Shown here: piece by piece, positions 17,752-26,421 of the stretch
Layout: the number at the start of each line of letters is the position of its first letter
Numbering within the stretch: position 1 is the first letter of the stretch
Assembly: GCA_965204745.1 (NCBI GenBank)
Contig: OZ242010.1
Coordinates: 3,104,001-3,168,000, forward strand
Direction of reading: 5' to 3'
DNA length: 64,000 bases
DNA from: Candidatus Latescibacterota bacterium
GTDB taxonomy: Bacteria; Latescibacterota; UBA2968
Position numbers and translations under genes: made by a program
Notes under the pieces: generated by a model
The model's database searches: none
What the model was told of the DNA's origin: nothing
What the model saw: only the letters and a program-made list of their open reading frames with translations

Positions 17752-18737
17752 AATGCGAATTAAGAGTAGAAAGCGAGTAAGAAGCAAGCCGCGGTCAATC
17801 GCCCAAAGACATGAACGAGTAAGCCCTCATAGGATCGTACCCGAGACGCCATCGAGATGTTCGTCTTTCGTTCAATCCAACTGAACAAGGCCTCAATCGG
17901 CTGTCGTATGCTCGAAACCGCCCGAGAATAGTCTTTTTCGGCTTCGGTCAGGCTTTCTTGTCCCTTCTTGCGCTTCACCGGCGTCTCGAAGATCAGGTTC
18001 TGCTGTTTGCTAAGCGTGTCTTTTAAGGGCTGATCGGCGTAGATTTTATCGCCGTAGAGGTGTCCATCACGCAAAACGGGTAAGACTTGTCGCAAAGCGG
18101 TCAGGTCATGCTCTGCTGCACCTGTCAAGCCGATGTACTCTGCTTTCGGGAGGCCGTTCTCACGGTCTTGTGCGACAATGTGCAGTTTGGTGCCGTAATA
18201 CCACATCTTTTTGGAAGCGCAGCGGCCTTTGTTGGCCAGTTGTTCTTCGGCCACACACGCCTGACCGCTGCGTGCCGATTGTGCCATGACAATCGGCATG
18301 GAATCCACCAAGTAGGTGTGTTCAGAGAGATCGGTTGCGGGACTGTCCTTTTGGATTTGTTCAATCAATGGCGCGAAGACCACACACAAGCGGTTCAACC
18401 GCTGGATATAGCCTGCATAAGTGGGCAGATGGGGAAACCAGTCGGAAAGATGATCCTTGGTATAGGTATAAATCGCCTTGATCTGCGTGTGCTGTTGCAT
18501 GATCCCAAACAAATAGATCGTCAGCACTTCTTCATCTGTGAAGGTCGGCGTATCGTTATTGCTCATGCGTTCCGTATAAAACCACAGATGCTTTTGGTCA
18601 TACTGCTGACAAATATAGACATACAAGTGAATGAGTTTATCTTGCCAATCCATCGCGTGCTCCTTCCTTTAAGGGTGAAATGACTGAGCCCTCAAGAAAA
18701 GACAAGTACGCGATGGATTCAACTCTTAATTCGCATT
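17752..18737 (-). mobile_element. IS982-family insertion sequence
   Basis: Perfect 16-bp terminal IRs AATGCGAATTAAGAGT / ACTCTTAATTCGCATT; target duplication GTT (or TGTTA if each end is 1 bp shorter). Confidence 0.85.
17760..18653 (-). CDS. IS982-family DDE transposase
   Basis: FTDEEVLTIYLFG, LVDSMPI, YYGTKLH, GDKIY, RQPIEALF. Confidence 0.85.
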   Translation of the reverse strand: MDWQDKLIHLYVYICQQYDQKHLWFYTERMSNNDTPTFTDEEVLTIYLFGIMQQHTQIKAIYTYTKDHLSDWFPHLPTYAGYIQRLNRLCVVFAPLIEQIQKDSPATDLSEHTYLVDSMPIVMAQSARSGQACVAEEQLANKGRCASKKMWYYGTKLHIVAQDRENGLPKAEYIGLTGAAEHDLTALRQVLPVLRDGHLYGDKIYADQPLKDTLSKQQNLIFETPVKRKKGQESLTEAEKDYSRAVSSIRQPIEALFSWIERKTNISMASRVRSYEGLLVHVFGRLTAACFLLAFYS

Positions 18738-18843
18738 GTTAATAAGAAAGGAAAAATTGTAAGTGTTTTCAAAGCCATTTTTAAGGTTTTCCCTTCTTTG
18801 TTTCGTTTTTTAGGTGTAGGGAAATAGTGTACGGTAAGGCCAC

Positions 18844-18869
18844 GGGCGACGCCTCTTTCAAAGTCGCCC
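18844..18869. repeat. Palindromic cassette-boundary motif, copy 3 (variant core)
   Basis: GGGCGAC-GCCTCTTTCAAA-GTCGCCC preceded by GTAAGGCCAC. Confidence 0.85.
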
Positions 18870-18987
18870 CATTTTTTTATTTTGCAGTAAGCGTTGTAAG
18901 CGTTGATTCTGTCGCCTGGTGTTATCCGTATTGGGCGATCTCGTTTGCTATGGGTTTGGTGCGTCTTTGATGCAGAATAAGGGCTTG

Positions 18988-19012
18988 TGGGGCGTGCCTG
19001 ACAAACGCCCCA
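18988..19012. repeat. Degenerate motif copy (3b)
   Basis: TGGGGCGT-GCCTGACAA-ACGCCCCA followed by ATTTCACA(A)GGA, essentially the same downstream context as copy 2. Confidence 0.5.
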
Positions 19013-19031
19013 ATTTCACAAGGAGAGGGAT

Positions 19032-20066
19032 ATGAGATTTTTTACAGTGGTGGCAATCGCAGTGTTCGCAGTGTTGGCAACAGCGGGTATCTCACACGGT
19101 TACGTGAACGGGTGGGAGAAGTGCATGGTCAATGAAGAAGAGTGGTATATTGATTGTGTTTTGATCGTTCCGATTCCTTTGAGTATGTATGACAGGAGTC
19201 CTTTCGATTATGGGGCTTTACATTATGAGGGGTTTGTTCATATACGTGAAGCGTATGATGGAGGCGAGAGACTACCTTCATACAGACCGTTGGAAGTTGT
19301 TAAAGGTCTTCGTTTTTATGAACATCAAGACCACACAGGTTCTGGACATCGTCGGTATTTAACTTTCAAGCCTGTGTTCAACAGTGACGGATACACTTCC
19401 GTGACAGACTACGAAGGAAATTACCATCGAGATATCAAGTGCGTTGAGATCGAAGAAGTGTCGGAGGTGGTCAGACCAGGACCAGGCGAAGACCTTGAGT
19501 TTTATTGTAAGAAAGACCGCCTTGTTGACAAGTTCAAGCCTTTGTATGAACAGAGAACTCCAGATACCGTTCATAATACGAACAACGTCTATGAAGGAAT
19601 GGTTTATTTAAGTCGCATTCAACGAGGTTTCACGCCTGACACTGTTGGGCGAAATCCTGTCATCAAGATTCTGACAAATAACAGGAACGGGAAATCTCTT
19701 GTCGCTATTGATCCAACCGTTTTTTACAAACGAGAAGCTGTCGGCGATAAATACGGTATGATGAGTCTATTCTCGCGGTTTAATGGAGGAGACAACCCTC
19801 AACACAATGTTTATACTCTGGAGAGTTTTATCGAGATGTCTGAAGCGGAGTATATGAGATTCAGAATGGTGTTCAGGCTCTACGACAAACGCGCTTGGCA
19901 CATGGTCGGTCAGACCGCCGCGCCCATACCAGAACCAACTCCGATAGATACAACTCTCACTGGAGATTTGAACGGCGACGGAGTTGTCAACATTGCGGAC
20001 TTCCTGATCCTTGCCGAGTGGTTTGGTTGCGAAACAGGTCAAAGTCCACCCAACTGCGAAAAATGA
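19032..20066 (+). CDS. Secreted hypothetical protein with C-terminal dockerin/EF-hand-like motif (cassette C)
   Basis: Signal peptide, Pro/Thr linker, GDLNGDGVVNIADFLILAEWFG; SD AGGAG. Confidence 0.75.
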   Translation: MRFFTVVAIAVFAVLATAGISHGYVNGWEKCMVNEEEWYIDCVLIVPIPLSMYDRSPFDYGALHYEGFVHIREAYDGGERLPSYRPLEVVKGLRFYEHQDHTGSGHRRYLTFKPVFNSDGYTSVTDYEGNYHRDIKCVEIEEVSEVVRPGPGEDLEFYCKKDRLVDKFKPLYEQRTPDTVHNTNNVYEGMVYLSRIQRGFTPDTVGRNPVIKILTNNRNGKSLVAIDPTVFYKREAVGDKYGMMSLFSRFNGGDNPQHNVYTLESFIEMSEAEYMRFRMVFRLYDKRAWHMVGQTAAPIPEPTPIDTTLTGDLNGDGVVNIADFLILAEWFGCETGQSPPNCEK

Positions 20067-20261
20067 AAATGACACACAATCCTCCCCGTTCTCCGCTCGG
20101 TGATGCAACACGGGATTGACCTGTCGGCTGTTTACAGTTGCTACGGCCGGTGTTGAACCCGACGATACGAAAATTTTTGGTCAATTGACAAAAAATTCGT
20201 CCATTTTACGGCTTTATGTTTTGAGCGCGTGCTGATCGAGGGGTGAGTCAGTAAAGGCCAC

Positions 20262-20287
20262 GGGCGACGCCTATTCTAAATTCGCCC
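20262..20287. repeat. Palindromic cassette-boundary motif, copy 4
   Basis: GGGCGAC-GCCTATTCTAAA-TTCGCCC preceded by GTAAAGGCCAC. Confidence 0.85.
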
Positions 20288-20306
20288 CATTTTTTTTGAG
20301 GCAGCT

Positions 20307-20489
20307 ATGTTGAAGTATCTGTTGGCAGTGGTGATTTTGATGCTCGCAACACTCCTCGCTCCGCGTCCTATTTTTGGAGAAGCCGCATTGCCGCGGGTGA
20401 AAATCGGTGGCAAGTATGGGTTTATCAATAAGGTCGGCGAGATCGTTATCAAACCGCAATTTGACGATGCGGGGTCTTTTTCCAAATGA
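20307..20489 (+). CDS. Mini-protein: signal peptide plus a single WG repeat (cassette D)
   Basis: MLKYLLAVVILMLATLLA..RVKIGGKYGFINKVGEIVIKPQFDDAGSFSK*; GAGG SD. Confidence 0.55.
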   Translation: MLKYLLAVVILMLATLLAPRPIFGEAALPRVKIGGKYGFINKVGEIVIKPQFDDAGSFSK

Positions 20490-20501
20490 TCGCGGGTTTC
20501 T

Positions 20502-20527
20502 GGGCGACGCCTATTCTAAAGTCGCCC
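20502..20527. repeat. Palindromic cassette-boundary motif, copy 5
   Basis: Identical to copy 1. Confidence 0.9.
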
Positions 20528-20548
20528 ATTTTTTACAAGGAGCAGAAT

Positions 20549-20797
20549 ATGCGTCACCGAATTTTGTCAACAGGCTTGTGTATGACCGCGCTCACCGTGC
20601 TTGTCTTTGTGGTCTATCGGGTCGCGGTGCAACCCCATGCCCAAGGTAGCGCGACCACAGGGAAATTTCCCCGATTGCTGGACAGCGTGCGAAATATACA
20701 CAAGGTTGGGTTGACAACCTTTGAAGGAAAGACCGTAAGACGCCTGTTGGGGCGAATAATCATTCTCCCCAACATGAGGGCGCAGTCTTGTCGATAG
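20549..20797 (+). CDS. Small hypothetical protein with N-terminal hydrophobic segment (cassette E, possibly degraded)
   Basis: AAGGAG then ATG 20549; MRHRILSTGLCMTALTVLVFVVY. Confidence 0.4.
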   Translation: MRHRILSTGLCMTALTVLVFVVYRVAVQPHAQGSATTGKFPRLLDSVRNIHKVGLTTFEGKTVRRLLGRIIILPNMRAQSCR

Positions 20798-20817
20798 CAC
20801 GACCTACGCTGAAGTGT

Positions 20818-20989
20818 CACCTCGGAGGCCCTGCACCTCATTCAAAACGCTTACCCAGAAATGGACCTCAGTCCATATCACAACGAAAGGATTGCCAAGT
20901 GAAAAATGCCAACCTCCGGTACAGACAAGTTCATCTGGATTTTCACACCTCGGAACACTGCCCGAATGTCGGCGGGAAGTTCGACGAGG
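20818..20989 (+). repeat. Right copy of 172-bp direct repeat
   Basis: Matches 14899-15070. Confidence 0.95.
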
Positions 20990-22887
20990 ATCAGTTCATC
21001 GGCACCCTGCGAAAAGGGCATGTGGATTCCGTGACGATCTTTGCCCAGTGCCATCACGGGTGGTGCTATTACCCCACGAAAACGGATATGCAGCACCCCA
21101 ACTTGCAAACCGATCTGGTCGGTCGGATGCTGGCCGCCGCGAAACAGGCCGACATCAACATGCCCGTGTACATCACCGTGCAATGGCACGAAAAAGCCGC
21201 ACGCGAACACCCCGAATGGCGCGCACGAAGGCCCGATGGCGGGTACCTGGGGCGGCCCGACAAACACCCCCATACGCCTTTGCCCCACGGCGGCTGGTAT
21301 CGCTTGTGTTGCAACACGCCCTACCTGGACGCGAGCGTGTTGCCCGTGTTGACCGAAGTGATGGAACTGTACGCGCCCTCGGGCATTTTTCTCGACATTA
21401 CCGGCGAATACGAATGCACATGCGATTGGTGCGTGGCGAGTATGAAAGAGAAAGGGCTGGATCCAAACCGCGCTGCGGATCGGGCGATTCACGCACGGGA
21501 TGTGTACAAGGAGTATTTGACCAAGACCACGGACATCGTTTGGAGTCGCAATCCGGATGCGACGATTTATCACAATGGGAGCGACAAAAAGGGCCGCCAC
21601 GACTTGTATCCCTACTGGTCGCACCACGAGATCGAATCGCTGCCGACCGGGATGTGGGGCTACAATCACTTTCCGACCAATGCGCGGTATTTCACCCATT
21701 TGCCCGATTGCAATGTGATCGCGCAAACCGGCAAGTTCCACCGGATGTGGGGCGAGTTTGGCGGCTTCAAAAATCCGGTCGCCTTGGAATACGAGGTCGG
21801 GCAGATCATTTCATTGAATTGCCGCTGCATGGTGGGCGATCAACTCCATCCAGAAGGCGAGATGGATGAAGAGACCTATCGCATCATCGGTTCGGCGTAT
21901 CAGCGCGTTGAAGAACGCGAGCCATGGCTGGTGGGGGCCGAGCATGTGGTGGATGTGGGCATTTTGGCCCCTTCGGCCGTGCATAAGAACCCGGCGTTGG
22001 AAGACAGCGAAGTGGGCGCGGGCCTGATGCTGATGGAAAACCAAATTCCGTTTTTGATGCTGGACGAGACGATGGATTTATCGCCCTATCAACTGCTGAT
22101 TTTGCCCGATAGCGTGCGCGTGGATGTCGCGCTGAAAGCAAAGCTCGATGCGTTTTTGGCGGATGGCGGCAAGTTGTTGTCCTCTGGCGAGAGCGGCTTG
22201 GATCCCGATGGCATGGGTTTTGTGTACGATATCGGCGCGGATTATGTCGGGCCATCTCCCCATGATGTGGAATACGTGGTGGTCGGGGACGAGATCGCCG
22301 CGAATTTGGTGCGGACCCCGTTCTTGGTGTACGAATCTGGCGTGGCGACAAAGGCGACGGATGGCGACGTGTTGGCGGAAGCGTGGAAACCGTATTTTAA
22401 CCGGACCTACGGCGCGTTCTGCTCCCACCGGAACACGCCGTTTGAGGGCGCTGCGGGTTGGCCCGCGGCGATTCGCAAGGGCAATGTCATTCACATTGCA
22501 CAACCGATTTTTCGAGTCTATGACGATCAGGGCATGCAGTTGCACCGCGATTTGGTGAAGAATTGTCTGGACTTGCTCTACGATGATCCCTTGTTGCAGG
22601 TGTCCCTGCCGTCGTGTGGCCGCGCAACTGTGACGCGGCAACCGCGAGCGGGAAATCGGCTGATCGTGCATTTGATGTACGCCAACCCCATCAAGCGGGG
22701 CGATACAGAGGTGATCGAAGATATCATTCCCCTGTATGGCGTTGCGGTCTCCGTAAAAACGGATCGCGCCGTGTCTCGCGTGTCTCTCGCGCCGGAAAAT
22801 GAGGACCTCGATTTTGAGATTGCCAACGGCCGCGTGTCCTTTGTCGTACCCAAGGTCGAGATGAATCAACTCGTGGCGATTGAATAG
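20899..22887 (+). CDS. GH151-like alpha-L-fucosidase / GHL6 glycosidase with beta-galactosidase trimerisation-like domain
   Basis: RQVHLDFHTSE, CHHGWCYYPT, ESLPTG.WGY, TGKFHRMWGEFGGFK. Confidence 0.75.
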   Translation: MKNANLRYRQVHLDFHTSEHCPNVGGKFDEDQFIGTLRKGHVDSVTIFAQCHHGWCYYPTKTDMQHPNLQTDLVGRMLAAAKQADINMPVYITVQWHEKAAREHPEWRARRPDGGYLGRPDKHPHTPLPHGGWYRLCCNTPYLDASVLPVLTEVMELYAPSGIFLDITGEYECTCDWCVASMKEKGLDPNRAADRAIHARDVYKEYLTKTTDIVWSRNPDATIYHNGSDKKGRHDLYPYWSHHEIESLPTGMWGYNHFPTNARYFTHLPDCNVIAQTGKFHRMWGEFGGFKNPVALEYEVGQIISLNCRCMVGDQLHPEGEMDEETYRIIGSAYQRVEEREPWLVGAEHVVDVGILAPSAVHKNPALEDSEVGAGLMLMENQIPFLMLDETMDLSPYQLLILPDSVRVDVALKAKLDAFLADGGKLLSSGESGLDPDGMGFVYDIGADYVGPSPHDVEYVVVGDEIAANLVRTPFLVYESGVATKATDGDVLAEAWKPYFNRTYGAFCSHRNTPFEGAAGWPAAIRKGNVIHIAQPIFRVYDDQGMQLHRDLVKNCLDLLYDDPLLQVSLPSCGRATVTRQPRAGNRLIVHLMYANPIKRGDTEVIEDIIPLYGVAVSVKTDRAVSRVSLAPENEDLDFEIANGRVSFVVPKVEMNQLVAIE

Positions 22888-22966
22888 GGCTTCTTCCCTT
22901 TTGTGTTTCTGTGCCGCTCGTGGCTTTTGTGTTTCTGTGCCTTTTGTGGCTAAAAAGGAGATCACC

Positions 22967-23176
22967 ATGCAGACCAAACTCACGTTGCAGATGGATGATG
23001 AATTGATCGCACGGGCCAAAGCCCATGCAAAGAAGCGCGGAAAGTCGGTCTCGCAACTCGTTGCAGATTATTTTCGCATTCTGGAAAAAGTGGAACAAAA
23101 ACCGCCACCGAAAAAAAAATACGGCCCGATTACAGAGTCCTTGAGGGGGGCATTGCGCGGGGCAAAATCGGTTTGA
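22967..23176 (+). CDS. DUF6364-like antitoxin; 3' end abuts a MITE fragment and no toxin is present
   Basis: MQTKLTLQMDDELIARAKAHAKKRGKSVSQLVADYF..PITESLRG; MITE/REP piece at 23170-23225. Confidence 0.65.
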   Translation: MQTKLTLQMDDELIARAKAHAKKRGKSVSQLVADYFRILEKVEQKPPPKKKYGPITESLRGALRGAKSV

Positions 23177-23254
23177 GAAATTGGAATAGTCACTCCTTAT
23201 CGGGACCTACCCCCCTAACCCCCCTTGCCTCTTACGCCTCTCACCTCTTACGTC

Positions 23255-24667
23255 TCACCTCTTACCGCCTTTTACCGGCACTTTGAGCACGGCGTAAAAA
23301 TTGGCGTATTGCCGACGCATTTCTCGGCGAATGATCAGGCCGACTTCGTCGCCGGGTTTCACCCCGGCCCATGCGTCTTCGTATTCTTCTATCGACCGGA
23401 TGGGTCTGCGGTTGATCTGGCGAATCACATCCCACCTCCGCAGGCCCGCCGCTTCGGCCGGGCTTCCCGATCTCACATCGGTGATGAGCATGCCGGTTTG
23501 CGCGTGATACCCCAGTTGCCGCGCAATTGCGGAGGTCAGTTCTTGAACATCCATGCCGAGGTCGGGTGCTCCCATCCCCTTTAGGGCATTAAAATCCCCC
23601 ACTGTCACGCGCAGGGTTTCGCGTTGCCCATTCCGAATCACTTCAATCGCCACCTCCGCGCCTGGCGGGGTTCGCGCAATGCGCGTGAGAAATTCATCGG
23701 CATTGGCGATCTCGCGGTTGTTTAACCCCACGATCACATCCCCGGGCTGTAGGCCCGATCGCTCGGCAAACGCGCCCACCTCTCCGATCAGCGCGCCCTT
23801 GTTCACGCTGAGGCGAAGGGCTTCGACAAGCCCTTTGCCGAGGTCTTGCACCGCCACGTCCAAATACCCGCGCTTCACCGTTCCGCGCGCGATGATTTGT
23901 TGCATGATATTGCGCGCCATGTTGATCGGCACGGCCAAGCCAATGCCCTGATTGCCCCCACTGCGCGACAAAATCGCCGTGTTGATTCCCACCAGTTCCC
24001 CGCGCAAATTCACCATTGCCCCGCCGCTGTTGCCCGGGTTGATCGCCGCGTCGGTTTGAATAAAATCCTCGTAATCCAACAGATCCAAATTGCCCCGCCC
24101 TATCGCGCTCACAATGCCGTAGGTCACGGTATGGCGCAAGCCGTAAGGATTGCCGATTGCCAGCACCCAGGCGCCGACTTTCAACTCGTCCGAATCGCCC
24201 ATCTCGAGCGCGGGCAGGTCGCGCCCGTCAATTTTGAGGACCGCGACATCGCTTTGCGGATCCGTGCCGACCAGCGTTGCGCCAAAGGTTCTGCCGTCGC
24301 TCAGTTCCACTTCAATGGCATCGGCTCGTGCGATGACGTGATCATTGGTCAAGATATACCCATCCCGCGAAACCAGGACGCCTGATCCCAAACCCTGTTC
24401 CCGCTGTTCTCGCCGATATTGCAGGCGGCCCCCAAAGAAATGATCGAAAAACGGATCGCCCGTCGATCTTCGCACCCCGACGACCACATCTCGTTTGTTG
24501 ACTATCGCCACCACGCCCGGATTGACTTCGGACGCCACCGCGGCAAAGGCTTCGCTGAATTTTTCCATTTGCGCGAGTGTGGCTCGATGGTCAGGGTCAA
24601 TGGCTGCCTCGACCTGCAAAACCATCAGCCCGACGAGCAATGTCCATGTCCATCGCAACATACTCAC
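23255..24667 (-). CDS. degP: HtrA/DegP-family serine protease with two PDZ domains
   Basis: GLGSG, LTNDHV, FIQTDAAINPGNSGG; signal peptide. Confidence 0.9.
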   Translation of the reverse strand: MSMLRWTWTLLVGLMVLQVEAAIDPDHRATLAQMEKFSEAFAAVASEVNPGVVAIVNKRDVVVGVRRSTGDPFFDHFFGGRLQYRREQREQGLGSGVLVSRDGYILTNDHVIARADAIEVELSDGRTFGATLVGTDPQSDVAVLKIDGRDLPALEMGDSDELKVGAWVLAIGNPYGLRHTVTYGIVSAIGRGNLDLLDYEDFIQTDAAINPGNSGGAMVNLRGELVGINTAILSRSGGNQGIGLAVPINMARNIMQQIIARGTVKRGYLDVAVQDLGKGLVEALRLSVNKGALIGEVGAFAERSGLQPGDVIVGLNNREIANADEFLTRIARTPPGAEVAIEVIRNGQRETLRVTVGDFNALKGMGAPDLGMDVQELTSAIARQLGYHAQTGMLITDVRSGSPAEAAGLRRWDVIRQINRRPIRSIEEYEDAWAGVKPGDEVGLIIRREMRRQYANFYAVLKVPVKGGKR

Positions 24668-24771
24668 CTCTGTTTGTCAGTGGTCAGTAGTCAGTAGTCA
24701 GTCCCCGCCCAATCCCAATCACTGCGGACTTCGATTCACCAATTCCACCGCTTCAAATCGGATCCCTTGAA

Positions 24772-24797
24772 AACTATCGCCTGGCGTTGAAAGTTCC
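24772..24797 (-). promoter_or_regulatory. Possible ECF-sigma promoter of degP
   Basis: Minus strand GGAAC-N18-GTT (GGAACTTTCAACGCCAGGCGATAGTT). Confidence 0.35.
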
Positions 24798-24828
24798 TGA
24801 ATTTATCCCGCTCCGTCAACTCAAAAGC

Positions 24829-24863
24829 AAAAGGTCGAGGTTCGCAGGGAATCTCGACCTTTT
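24829..24863 (-). terminator. Intrinsic terminator (bidirectional)
   Basis: AAAAGGTCGAG...CTCGACCTTTT stem. Confidence 0.75.
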
Positions 24864-24900
24864 TGGGTCGGTCAAAGTTGAAGTTGAAACACCACACCCC

Positions 24901-25053
24901 CTCGTGATCGCGCCCGGTTATGACCGATAGGCAGGCATTGAGGCATTCTCGCGGTACAACCTATTTCTGACCCGTTGGCGTCACGCTTTCTATCGCCGTT
25001 TTCCATGGCGTCCTTGTCGCCCGCGAACACTTGGTCATACTTTTGCTCACGAG
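24901..25053 (-). ncRNA. Candidate structured RNA (rod-like with nested stems)
   Basis: CTCGTGA/TCACGAG, TATGACC/GGTCATA and TTCGCGG/CCGCGAG nested pairings; G-U pairs favour the minus strand; terminator follows. Confidence 0.4.
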
Positions 25054-25065
25054 TTCCAAATGGGT

Positions 25066-26103
25066 TCAATCGAATTCCGAAAGTTTGACCACGCGCCCTT
25101 GGGATGCCGAGAGATCGGCTGCGAAGTTGACGCGGTGGGTTTCAAACGCGATGTCAAAATTGGTGCGCGGCATGGGTTCATTCGCCCGGATGCCATCGAC
25201 AAAGGCTTGGAACTGCGGCTCGTAGGGGTGATCGGCCACGTCGCCCGAATCGATCAGCGAGGTTTCCAGGGTGCTCCATTTGTCTTTGCTCATGCCGTGC
25301 AATTTGTGGGAGTAGATGCGGTTGTCGAGCAGGCTGCCTTCAGAGCCGACGAGGTGAATGTGGAAGTAATAGGGTTGCAAACAATCCACGCAAGAAGTGA
25401 CTTTTGCCGCATTGCCATTGGCGAATTTGAGGAGGGAGACCGTGGTGGTGTCGTACTCGTAGGGCTGGAAAATGGCGGACTTGGATTTGGTGGCCAGGCT
25501 GGTCACTTCCTCGACCTCGCCATCCATGAAGAACAGGCACGCATCGAGGGCGTGGCAACCGGCGGTGAGCAGGCTGGAGCCGGCAAAGTCTTTTTTGACA
25601 TTCCATTCAAATTGCCCGTACCAAGGGCCAATGCCGTGGTAGTAATCGACTTCGCCGTAGTGCAATTCCCCGAGCAGGCCCTCGTCGATGATGGCGCGGA
25701 TCATGGAAAAGTGCGCGCTAAAGCGGCATTCAAAGCAGACGCAGGATTGCACGCCCGCGGCGCGAATGGCATCGCGCACCCGTTTGAGGTCGTCGTAAGA
25801 CAGGCAGATGGGTTTTTCGATGATCAAGTGCTTGCCCGCTTCGGCAGCCGCGACCGCTTGGTCCGCGTGAAATTTGTGGGGCGTGCAGATGTCGATGATG
25901 TGAATGTCGGGATCCGCGATCATGTCCTCGTAATTCTTGTACGCTTTGAGGGGCAGACCGTATTGCGCGGCGAGGGCGTCTTCGCGGTGGTCGCGACGAG
26001 AACAGATCGCCGTCACACTCGCGCCATCGACCGCTTTGAACGTGTCGATGTGCGCCCCAGCTACCCAGCCGAGCCCGACGATGCCGACGTTGAGATCACT
26101 CAT
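25066..26103 (-). CDS. Gfo/Idh/MocA oxidoreductase
   Basis: GIVGLG, IEKP, GCHALD. Confidence 0.88.
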   Translation of the reverse strand: MSDLNVGIVGLGWVAGAHIDTFKAVDGASVTAICSRRDHREDALAAQYGLPLKAYKNYEDMIADPDIHIIDICTPHKFHADQAVAAAEAGKHLIIEKPICLSYDDLKRVRDAIRAAGVQSCVCFECRFSAHFSMIRAIIDEGLLGELHYGEVDYYHGIGPWYGQFEWNVKKDFAGSSLLTAGCHALDACLFFMDGEVEEVTSLATKSKSAIFQPYEYDTTTVSLLKFANGNAAKVTSCVDCLQPYYFHIHLVGSEGSLLDNRIYSHKLHGMSKDKWSTLETSLIDSGDVADHPYEPQFQAFVDGIRANEPMPRTNFDIAFETHRVNFAADLSASQGRVVKLSEFD

Positions 26104-26189
26104 AACTACCTCCGGGAATGGATTGCAGAAACATCGATGGCTACACGGGACATGAATTTGCAATTTGTGGAAAATGTCAATACAAATGA

Positions 26190-26381
26190 ACGGCTATCAC
26201 ATTAGGATTCAAATTTTGACCAGTGCGATGGTTTCAGGTGTGGGTTTTGTCATAGAGCGTTTTGCCTTCTTGGAGAGCGGGATATAATACTGTGCCCACT
26301 GTGCTTCCGAATTTTTCAATCTCTTCAGGTGATGCGACAATGATGTCTTTGGGAACGTCGATGTCGTGCAGGGCCACGCAG
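26190..26381 (-). pseudogene. Remnant of an MNT-HEPN module (MNT 3' half and possible HEPN start)
   Basis: DIDVPKDIIVASPEEIEKFGSTVGTVLYPALQEGKTLY resembles the C-terminus of MNT 6524-6841. Confidence 0.6.
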
Positions 26382-26421
26382 ATGGCGACGCGCCCTAAAA
26401 AACAAAGACATCAACCCCTCC

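Larger units (their letters stand above)
17443..18827 (+). pseudogene. Hypothetical protein (cassette B) interrupted by IS982
   Basis: ATG 17443 after GGGAG; removing the IS continues ..KTIPVN|KKGKIVSVFKAIFKVFPSLFRFLGVGK* to TAG 18827, 16 bp before motif copy 3. Confidence 0.7.

Noticed and set aside
15235-20527. 26-bp palindromic repeats as a CRISPR array
   Set aside because: Spacing is 240-2150 bp with whole genes between copies, and no cas genes are in the window.
15098-20527. Repeats as classical integron attC sites
   Set aside because: No RYYYAAC/GTTRRRY ends or long attC-type hairpin, and no integrase in the window.
20566-20810. TGTCAACAGGC and CACGACCTAC as MITE ends at the island edge
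   Set aside because: Short partial matches that do not form an inverted pair; insufficient support.
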